A stretch of 40,226 bases of DNA from Trueperaceae bacterium (GTDB lineage: Bacteria > Deinococcota > Deinococci > Deinococcales > Trueperaceae): positions 1 through 40,226 of the forward strand of contig JBBDRK010000035.1 in NCBI GenBank assembly GCA_040905465.1, read 5' to 3'. The notes below the pieces were generated by a model. The model saw only the letters and a program-made list of their open reading frames with translations, was not told where the DNA came from and searched no databases. Position 1 is the first letter of the stretch, and each line of letters begins with the position of its first letter. Shown here in pieces: positions 16,871 to 24,494 of this stretch. A program made the position numbers and the translations under genes.

Positions 16871-17226
16871 GCCAGCACCGCTACCAGGCGCTTGGCGGCC
16901 TGCTCGCCATAGAGCCGTGCCTTGCCGAGGTTTCCATCGGCCCCGAGCACGATCAGGCAGAACAGGTCGGCGCTCAGGACACGGATGTAGGCCAGTCGGC
17001 TTTCAGCGGCAACCATCAGCTCGCGCGTCTCCCCGGCGCCGAGATGATCGCTCATTGCGGCGCTGCTCGAACCGAGCACGGCCGTCAACTCCGCCGCGAA
17101 TGGTCCCAGGTTGGCGTGTTGCGGGTACTGTTCCACCAGCAGTCCGTCCATGCCGGCAACGGCCGCTGCTAGAGCCCCGTCCACCTGCTCGACCAGGAAC
17201 TCGAGGATCTCGTCCAGCTCCGTCAT
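16867..17226 (-). CDS. Roadblock/LC7 protein
   Basis: VDGALAAAVAGMDGLLVE, GNLGKARL. ATG 17226 is preceded by TAGACT at 17235-17240 (leaderless). Confidence 0.88.
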   Translation of the reverse strand: MTELDEILEFLVEQVDGALAAAVAGMDGLLVEQYPQHANLGPFAAELTAVLGSSSAAMSDHLGAGETRELMVAAESRLAYIRVLSADLFCLIVLGADGNLGKARLYGEQAAKRLVAVLA

Positions 17227-17320
17227 GATCGGGGAGTCTAGCACGCAACTTCGGGCGCCGGTATTCGGTTTTCGCACACCTGAGGCAAGAAGAGCCTGAG
17301 CAAGCAGGGGATGTCCAATC

Positions 17321-17392
17321 GGCGCGTTGGAGGGCGCAGTTGAGGGCACGGTAGACGGCGCGGTTGATGGCGCGGTTGAGGGCGCGGTTGAC
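17321..17392. repeat. Intergenic imperfect 12-bp tandem repeat, 6 copies
   Basis: Units approximating GGCGCGGTTGAG between the divergent Roadblock and deoD promoters. Confidence 0.8.
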
Positions 17393-17499
17393 GGCACGCG
17401 TGTTCGGACGGGCCCGGCATCCCAGAAAGCAAGCTCGTCCGGACGGCGTTTGCCGTCACGACCGGGAACGGTTTTCGCCGTCTGCTATCGTGACCTGGC

Positions 17500-18336
17500 A
17501 TGAGTCAACTCCACATTCACGCACAAGCCGGCGATATCGCCCCCTGGGTCCTGCTGCCCGGCGACCCGAACCGCGCGACGTTCATCGCCGAGACGTTTCT
17601 CGACTCGGCCCGGCTCTACAACGACAACAGGCAGCTCCTCGGCTACACCGGCACGTTTCGCGGCGTGCCGGTTAGCGTGCAGACGACGGGCATGGGTTGC
17701 CCCAGTCTGGCGATCGTGGTCGAGGAGCTGATCCGGTTGGGAGCCAAGACCCTGATTCGGGTGGGAACAGCCGGCATCATCTCGCCGGCGGTAGCGCCGG
17801 GGGACCTGATCATCGCCTCGGCAGCGGTGCCGGCGGACGGAACCACCCGGCAGTACCTGAACGGCCTGCCGAGCGCACCCGGTGCCGACTTCACGGTTAC
17901 CCGGGCGCTCGCAGACGCCGGTACCGGCAGCGGCACCGATACCCGAGCGGGTGCAAGCGCCGATACCAGCGCCGATGCAAGCGACAGCGCCAGCGGAGGC
18001 ACCGGGTCCGACACGGACGCCGGCACCAACGCCCGCTCTGGCGTTCACCTCGGACTCATCCGTACCGAGGACGCTTTCTACGCCACCAGTCCCGAGGACG
18101 TTCCGGAGTTGCGGAGGCAAGGCGTGCTGGCCGTTGAGATGGAGGCCTCGGCACTCTTCCTGCTCGGCCAGCTCCGCGGCGTTGCAACCGGTTGCATCCT
18201 AGCGGCCAGCAACGCTATCGGCGACTCCAGTTTCGTCGAGGCATCGGTGATGCGCACAAGCGTGTCGCGGATGGTGGAACGTGCCCTGGCGGCGTGCCTG
18301 CTGTTGCAAGCTGCCTCCGGCGGGGGCGACCGATGA
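17500..18336 (+). CDS. deoD: Purine nucleoside phosphorylase (DeoD-type)
   Basis: LLPGDPNRA, TGMGCPS, IRVGTAG, VEMEAS. Low-complexity insertion at about 17920-18037. Leaderless TATCGT at 17486-17491. Confidence 0.9.
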   Translation: MSQLHIHAQAGDIAPWVLLPGDPNRATFIAETFLDSARLYNDNRQLLGYTGTFRGVPVSVQTTGMGCPSLAIVVEELIRLGAKTLIRVGTAGIISPAVAPGDLIIASAAVPADGTTRQYLNGLPSAPGADFTVTRALADAGTGSGTDTRAGASADTSADASDSASGGTGSDTDAGTNARSGVHLGLIRTEDAFYATSPEDVPELRRQGVLAVEMEASALFLLGQLRGVATGCILAASNAIGDSSFVEASVMRTSVSRMVERALAACLLLQAASGGGDR

Positions 18337-18364
18337 CGGCCGCCCGGCACCTCGGCGGCTCACT

Positions 18365-19207
18365 ATGAGAGTAGCCGTGATCGGTTCAGGCACGATGGGT
18401 TCCGGAATCGCCCAGGCGTGCGCCGCCGCCGGGCACCGCGTGGTGCTTTTCGACATCAACGAGGCGGCGCTCGAGCGGGCAGCGTCTTCGATCCGCGACA
18501 GCCTCGAGCGCCTTGTGCGCAAGGAGAGGCTGACGCGGGCGCAAGCGGACGAATCGTGGGAACGGATCGTCCGGTCGCGGAGCATGACAGACCTGGCGGA
18601 CGCCGATGTCGTGATCGAGGCGGTCTTCGAGGATCTGGAGGTAAAGCGCAGCGCCTGGCAACAGGCAGCGGAGGCGGTGCCGGCGACTTCGCTCCTGGCG
18701 ACCAACACCTCGAGCCTGTCGATCACCGAGATCGCGGGCTTCAGCGGCAGCCCGGAGCGCTTCTGCGGAATGCACTTCTTCAATCCGGTAGCGCTCATGC
18801 CGCTGGTCGAGGTCGTGCAGGCCCTGAACAGCACTTCGGACACTATCGAGCGAGCGCGCGAATTCGTCGAAGGTTTGGGCAAGACGGCTATCATCTGCCA
18901 GGACAAACCGGGATTCATCGTCAACCGCCTGCTGATCCCTTATCTAAACGACGCCGTGCACGCACTCAGCGAGGGTGTAGCCAGCGCCGAGGATATCGAC
19001 AGGGCGATGACGTTGGGTGCAAACATGCCCATCGGACCCCTCGCACTGGCCGACCTGGTGGGGCTCGACGTCTCGCTGGCGGCGGCCGAAAGCCTTCACC
19101 GGGAGTTCGGCGACAGCAAGTTCCGGGTCGCGCCGCTTTTGCGCCAGATGGTGCGCGCCGGCAAACTCGGGCGCAAGAGCGGCCGGGGGTTCTTCAGCTA
19201 CGATTGA
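18365..19207 (+). CDS. hbd: 3-hydroxybutyryl-CoA/3-hydroxyacyl-CoA dehydrogenase
   Basis: GSGTMGSGIA, EAVFE, ATNTSSL, GMHFFNP, PGFIVNR, GPLALADLVGLD, LGRKSGRGFF. Confidence 0.93.
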   Translation: MRVAVIGSGTMGSGIAQACAAAGHRVVLFDINEAALERAASSIRDSLERLVRKERLTRAQADESWERIVRSRSMTDLADADVVIEAVFEDLEVKRSAWQQAAEAVPATSLLATNTSSLSITEIAGFSGSPERFCGMHFFNPVALMPLVEVVQALNSTSDTIERAREFVEGLGKTAIICQDKPGFIVNRLLIPYLNDAVHALSEGVASAEDIDRAMTLGANMPIGPLALADLVGLDVSLAAAESLHREFGDSKFRVAPLLRQMVRAGKLGRKSGRGFFSYD

Positions 19208-19355
19208 TCCGAACCGCGAGTCCGGAGAGACCGCCTGAGGCGCTCCCTTCGGCGGCGTCGAACCAGGAATGGCAGTGCAGTGCCGGAGCCAACACACGGG
19301 GTCGAACCGAACCGTGTAATGCGTGCCTGATCGAGGATATGGAGGCGGTGGACTG

Positions 19356-20183
19356 ATGGACGACCACGATGAGCGAAACGACGGTAAGCACGAGATCGAT
19401 CAGGAACTGGAGTTCCAGTTCCTCTCCTACCAGGTGGAGGGCCACCTCGCCACCGTTACGATCGACCGGCCCGACGCGCTGAACGCTCTCAACCACGAGA
19501 TGATCCTCGAGCTGGGGGTGGCGCTGGAGGTGGCCGAAGCCGACCTGGACGTGCGAGCGCTGATCGTCACCGGCGTGGGCAGGGCGTTCGTCGCCGGCGC
19601 CGACATCGAGAATCTTCAGCGCCTGGGCGACGGCTTCAGCGGCAGGGAAGCGGCCTTGGCGGGTCAGGATCTGATGAACAGCCTGGCCGCGCTGCCTTTC
19701 CCCACGATCGCAGCCATCAACGGCTTCGCGCTGGGGGGCGGCCTGGAGCTGGCGTTGGCCGCCGATCTGCGGGTGGCTGCCGAGGGAGCCAAACTTGGCC
19801 TTCCAGAGGTGCAACTCGGCCTGATTCCCGGGTATGGTGGCACCCAACGGCTGCCACGGCTCATTGGCCTGGGCCGGGCCCTGGACCTGATTCTGACCGG
19901 ACGCCACGTCGACGCCCGGGAAGCCCTCTCCCTGGGCCTGGTCAACCGCGTGGCGGAAGACGCCCTCGCCACCGCCAACGAGCTGGCGAGGGCCTGCTTG
20001 CGAAATGCCCCTATTGCCATGGGACTTGCCAAGGAGTCGGTGGTACGCGGTTTGGACGTAACCCTTCCCCAAGGCCTGGAGATCGAGGCCGATCTGTTCG
20101 GAATGGTGACCACCACCGACGACATGAAGGAGGGGACCGGCGCGTTCCTGGAAAAACGATCCGCGGACTTCAAGGGCCAGTGA
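19356..20183 (+). CDS. Enoyl-CoA hydratase/isomerase (crotonase)
   Basis: AFVAGADI, AAINGFALGGGLELALAAD, LPEVQLGLIPGYGGTQRL. RBS GGAGG. Confidence 0.94.
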   Translation: MDDHDERNDGKHEIDQELEFQFLSYQVEGHLATVTIDRPDALNALNHEMILELGVALEVAEADLDVRALIVTGVGRAFVAGADIENLQRLGDGFSGREAALAGQDLMNSLAALPFPTIAAINGFALGGGLELALAADLRVAAEGAKLGLPEVQLGLIPGYGGTQRLPRLIGLGRALDLILTGRHVDAREALSLGLVNRVAEDALATANELARACLRNAPIAMGLAKESVVRGLDVTLPQGLEIEADLFGMVTTTDDMKEGTGAFLEKRSADFKGQ

Positions 20184-20189
20184 CGCCGG

Positions 20190-21179
20190 GTGCCGTTCCG
20201 TATCAGGATCTTCCTCTCGATATTCCTGGCACTGTTCGTCCTGCTCGCGATCGGACCGTTCCTGATCCCGCTACCGGAGCTCGAGAACACTGTGCCGGCC
20301 GAAAGCCTCGCTGCGGAGGCGGGCTCGTTCATCGAGGTCGACGGCGTGCGCCTGCACGTTCGCGAGGCCGGCAACGGTCCCGCCGCCTACCTGTTGCTGC
20401 ACGGCTACCCGGCCAACGTTGAGAGCTGGCGGAAGATACTGCCCGAGTTGGCGCTATATGGGCGGGTCGTGGCCGTCGATCGGATCGGTTTCGGGCTCAG
20501 CGACCGGCCGCTGCCGGGCTCCTGGTCACGCGGCGACAACCCTTATCTGGCGGAAGCTCAACTCGAGCGGGCCCTGGCCGTGCTCGACCGGCTGGGTATC
20601 GATCAGGCAGTATGGATCGGTAGTTCCTCCGGCGCGATCGTCGCTCTGCAAGCGGCACTCGAGCGTCCCGAACGGGTGGCGGCACTGGTGCTGGTGGGGG
20701 CCCCGGCATACGGCGGCAGGTCGCCACCACGCTGGCTCAGGCCGTTGCTGCACACGCCGCAGATGGACCGCGTAGGACCGCTGCTGATGAGGCAACTGGG
20801 AGGGCCGCCGGGGATGAACCTGTTCGCCTCACAGTGGACCGTCCCGGAACGTATCGGTTCGGACGACATCAGCTCCTTCCGGCGTACCTTCGAGGTCGAA
20901 GACTGGGACCGCGCCCTCTGGGAAGTCTCCAAGGCGAGCCGCCCGGCCGATGTAGACCGGCAGCTGGCGGACGTCGATGTACCCACACTGGTGGTCGCAG
21001 GTGCCCAGGATGAGATCGTCCCGCCAGACGAAAGCGAGCGCCTGGCTCGCGAACTGCCTCGGGCAACCCTCGGCCTGATGGAAGATTGCGGGCATCTGCC
21101 GCACGAAGAGTGTCCCTCTGCGTTCATGGACGTCGTGAGTGACTGGCTGTCGACTCTCGCTGAACCGGCTGGCCGATGA
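20190..21179 (+). CDS. Alpha/beta hydrolase with N-terminal membrane anchor
   Basis: LLHGY, DRIGFGLS, GSSSG nucleophile elbow, GAQDEIVP, CGHLPHEE. Confidence 0.9.
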   Translation: MPFRIRIFLSIFLALFVLLAIGPFLIPLPELENTVPAESLAAEAGSFIEVDGVRLHVREAGNGPAAYLLLHGYPANVESWRKILPELALYGRVVAVDRIGFGLSDRPLPGSWSRGDNPYLAEAQLERALAVLDRLGIDQAVWIGSSSGAIVALQAALERPERVAALVLVGAPAYGGRSPPRWLRPLLHTPQMDRVGPLLMRQLGGPPGMNLFASQWTVPERIGSDDISSFRRTFEVEDWDRALWEVSKASRPADVDRQLADVDVPTLVVAGAQDEIVPPDESERLARELPRATLGLMEDCGHLPHEECPSAFMDVVSDWLSTLAEPAGR

Positions 21180-21246
21180 ACGCCGGTCACGTTTGGATGG
21201 GAATTCGGACCCGGTTCCGCTCGTCGGCCGGTGCTAGACTCTACGG

Positions 21247-21972
21247 GTGATTCTCGGCGTCATCAGCGATGTTCACGCCAATGTGGTCGCCCTCGAAGCA
21301 GTGCTGGACGCACTCAAGCGGCAGGGCGCCGACACCATCGTGTGCCTGGGCGACGTCGTCGGCTACGGACCCTCTCCCAACGAAACGATCGACCTGTTGC
21401 GCAGTGAACGCATTATCTGCACCCTGGGCGCCGCCGACGAGCGCATCGCCTACGACTTCGCCCGCGGCAAGGTGCCACGCGAGGGCGTAGCCGACGCGAT
21501 CCTCGAGTGGACGCGCGGTGTCATGGAACCTCGCAACGTCGAGTTCCTGCGGGGACTGCCGGTTCAGCACCGGCTGCCGACTCCGGCGGGACGATTCCGC
21601 TTCTTCCACGGCACCCCGGAGAGCCCCGCCGAGCGACTGAACCTCAACCAGGATCCGAACTCGCTCACCCGCCTCCTGGAACACAACCGCTGCCGTGTGC
21701 TGGCGGCCGGCGGAACTCACGTGCCCTACTATCGCGAATTGCCCCGCGGCGCCGTGTTGAACCCGGGTTCGGTGGGTCTGGCGCTGAACGGGGAGCCCGG
21801 AGCCGACTACGCGCTCCTGCGTCTGGAGGAAAACCTCGTGGAGGTGTCGATGGACAAGGTCGAGTACGACTTCGGCGCTGTCGCCTTCGACATCATCGCC
21901 TGGGGTCTGCCGACGATGGTCGCTGAAGCGGTTCAGCAGGGAAGGATGCCCGAAAGGGTCGACGAGGACTGA
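21247..21972 (+). CDS. Calcineurin-like metallophosphoesterase family protein (degenerate motifs)
   Basis: SDVHAN, GDVVGYG, HG, NPGSVG present. GNHD is replaced by GAAD and GHTH by GGTH. Leaderless TAGACT at 21235-21240. Confidence 0.88.
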   Translation: MILGVISDVHANVVALEAVLDALKRQGADTIVCLGDVVGYGPSPNETIDLLRSERIICTLGAADERIAYDFARGKVPREGVADAILEWTRGVMEPRNVEFLRGLPVQHRLPTPAGRFRFFHGTPESPAERLNLNQDPNSLTRLLEHNRCRVLAAGGTHVPYYRELPRGAVLNPGSVGLALNGEPGADYALLRLEENLVEVSMDKVEYDFGAVAFDIIAWGLPTMVAEAVQQGRMPERVDED

Positions 21973-22006
21973 GGGCAGCACAGTTGGCGGCCCGCTTACC
22001 GGCGGC

Positions 22007-23182
22007 TCAGACGAGCTCGACGCTCAGCGCCAGCGCCTCGCCACCACCGATGCAGATGGACGCAAGACCGGTACTCGCTCCCCTGCTCTTCAGGGCGTTC
22101 AACAGTGTCACAACTATGCGAGCGCCGGAAGCGCCGATCGGGTGACCCAACGCGACAGCCCCACCGTGTACGTTCACCCGGTCCGCCGCCAGGTCGAACT
22201 CGCGCATTGCCGCCATCGGCACCACGCTGAAAGCCTCGTTGATCTCGAACAGGTCTACCTGGTCCGGTCCGGTTCCGCTCCGTTCGAACAGCGAGCGCAT
22301 GGCCGAAACCGGAGCGGTGGTGAACCGTTCAGGAGCGCCGGCCGATGCGCTGTAGCCGCGGATCCGGGCCAGCACGCTCAAACCCCGCCGCGCAGCGGCT
22401 TCCTCGCTGGTAACGACCAGCGCCGCGGCGCCGTCGTTGATGGTCGAGGCGTTTGCGGCCGTTACCGTGCCGTCGCCGGCGAACGCCGGGCGCAGCGTCG
22501 GGAGCCGTTCGAAGTCGACCGCCGAGGGGCCCTCGTCCTCGCCTACCACCGTTGTTTTGCCGCGCCGGCCCTCGACCTCCACCGGTACGATTTCGGCGGC
22601 AAAAGTGCCGTCCGCCATCGCCTGCTGGGCTCGCCGGTAGGAGCGGACCGCATATTCGTCCTGGTCTTCGCGCGAGAAGCGGTACTCGGAGGCGCATGCC
22701 TCGGCACACGAACCCATGTGCTTGTCGTTGTACACATCCCACAGGCCGTCGTGCACCATCGAGTCGACCAGCTTGGCGTCTCCCATCCGAAGGCCGCCCC
22801 GCGCCCCGGGCAACAGGTAAGGAGCGTTGCTCATCGACTCCATTCCTCCGGCCACCACCAGCTCGGCGTCGCCCAGGGCTACCGCCCGGGCGGCCTGCAC
22901 CAAGGCTTCCAGGCCGCTTCCGCACATCTTGTTCAGGGTAACGGACGGTGTGGCCGAGTCTACACCGGCGTAAATCGCCGCCTGTCGCGCCGGCGCCTGT
23001 CCCATTCCGGCCTGCAGGACGCAACCCATGATCACCAGGTCCACCTGGTCGCCCGGCACCCCCGCTCGCTCCAGTGCGCCGGAGATGGCGGCGGCGCCAA
23101 TCCGGGACGCCTTGAGAGGAGACAACGCTCCCTGGAACCCACCTATCGGCGTCCTAACGGCGGACGCGATAACTACGGTCAT
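22007..23182 (-). CDS. Acetyl-CoA C-acetyltransferase (thiolase)
   Basis: NKMCGSG, GGMESMS, NEAF, GHPIGASG, CIGGG. RBS AAGGAGG. Confidence 0.96.
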   Translation of the reverse strand: MTVVIASAVRTPIGGFQGALSPLKASRIGAAAISGALERAGVPGDQVDLVIMGCVLQAGMGQAPARQAAIYAGVDSATPSVTLNKMCGSGLEALVQAARAVALGDAELVVAGGMESMSNAPYLLPGARGGLRMGDAKLVDSMVHDGLWDVYNDKHMGSCAEACASEYRFSREDQDEYAVRSYRRAQQAMADGTFAAEIVPVEVEGRRGKTTVVGEDEGPSAVDFERLPTLRPAFAGDGTVTAANASTINDGAAALVVTSEEAAARRGLSVLARIRGYSASAGAPERFTTAPVSAMRSLFERSGTGPDQVDLFEINEAFSVVPMAAMREFDLAADRVNVHGGAVALGHPIGASGARIVVTLLNALKSRGASTGLASICIGGGEALALSVELV

Positions 23183-23342
23183 CTTTCTTCCTCCTTGCGA
23201 AGCCCGGGGAGCGTTACACGAAGCCGGGCGCTTTGCAGTCGAGTTTCCACCAGTCGAGTATAAGAGAGATGGCCGCTGGTCCTGTTCGCCGTGGAGCGCG
23301 CGGCAACGGCCTTCATTGGCCGGCGCGAAGTAGTCGGGACGC

Positions 23343-24278
23343 TCAGCGTCGAAAGGTGATTGTGCCGCTTGCCGAGCCCCAGCGGACCGTAATCGGCTCG
23401 CGCAGATTAAAGCTCTCCGGGAGCAGCACCACGCCGACGGCCGGAGATTCCGGCCCCACCGTCGCCGCTTCGCCGCTCACGAGCCGCAGACGGAATGGGT
23501 GTCTGGCTTCGACCTCGCTGGCTCCCTGCGAAAACTCGATCACGCTCTCCCACTCCTCTTCCGTCAGCGATGTCAGCACCATGATCAGTGCATGGTCGCG
23601 ACCGGCGCGCTCGACCAGGTCATCGAATCTCCTGCGCTCGCCGGGCATCGCCAGACCAAGCAGTCCTGCGTCGGCCAGCAGCAGGCTCTGGCTGGCCGCT
23701 CCGCCTCGGCCCGCCGCATATAGCCTCAGCCCGGGAACGCCGCGGCCGAGGTCCACCAACTCCCCGTCTCGTCCCGCGAAGGATGCAGGAGGTGGAAACG
23801 CCAGGCCGACGGCAAGGCCGTCCCCGCCTTCCACGACATCGTCGTGCACCCACAGGTCGAAGAACGCGAAGGCATCCGCCGGCAGCCACCACGTCTCGTC
23901 GCTGCGGGAAACGGGCGCAGACAGGCTCCCGTCGCCGGCGACGACCGCACCGTGCGGTTGCCAGACCACGTCGGGCGAACCGTCGAACAGAGTGAGGATC
24001 CCCTTCGGCGAGCGCAGCGTAAGACTGGTGCCGTCCGCGCTCACAACCAGTCCCAGCCGGCGGGCCGCCGCTTCGGCCTCCAGCACGATTCCGCCGGAGA
24101 CGTACCTGGCCGGAATGTCCTGGGCCGGCGAGTGGCCGGCCACGGCAGCTCCGATGGCCAGCAGAATGGCAGTGCCCAGGCGGCCGGCCCTCCCCGACGG
24201 GCCCCAGACCCCGTGGCGCCGACTACCGGATTCGAACTGAGGATGCGCTATAATACGCGAATATAAATGGACGAGCAC
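23343..24278 (-). CDS. Hypothetical exported protein (start uncertain)
   Basis: Long open frame with signal-like LGTAILLAIGAAVAGHSPAQ followed by beta-rich sequence. GTG 24278 is the nearest canonical upstream start. The 5' extension to 24509 overlaps the hflX leader and is doubtful. Confidence 0.6.
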   Translation of the reverse strand: MLVHLYSRIIAHPQFESGSRRHGVWGPSGRAGRLGTAILLAIGAAVAGHSPAQDIPARYVSGGIVLEAEAAARRLGLVVSADGTSLTLRSPKGILTLFDGSPDVVWQPHGAVVAGDGSLSAPVSRSDETWWLPADAFAFFDLWVHDDVVEGGDGLAVGLAFPPPASFAGRDGELVDLGRGVPGLRLYAAGRGGAASQSLLLADAGLLGLAMPGERRRFDDLVERAGRDHALIMVLTSLTEEEWESVIEFSQGASEVEARHPFRLRLVSGEAATVGPESPAVGVVLLPESFNLREPITVRWGSASGTITFRR

Positions 24279-24494
24279 CTTCGCGGCACTTTCCTTGAGT
24301 GTATTTCCAACCGTGTCCTCAACTGTGTCGTCAACCATGCGCTTGCGGCTGAAAGTCATTAGCGCCGGCGTGCCCGCAACCCCCATCACCGAAAATCCAG
24401 CCAGTGCTTTCACGCCGCCTGATCCCGGCGTGCCGCGACTCTGGCTCTGGCGCAAACGAACTCGAAAGCGCAGACAGACTCGAAAGGAGTCAAG

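Noticed and set aside
17227..17397. PSTA-repeat N-terminal extension of the first Roadblock protein
   Set aside because: It is the translation of the intergenic 12-bp repeat; a leaderless -10 box supports ATG 17226 instead.
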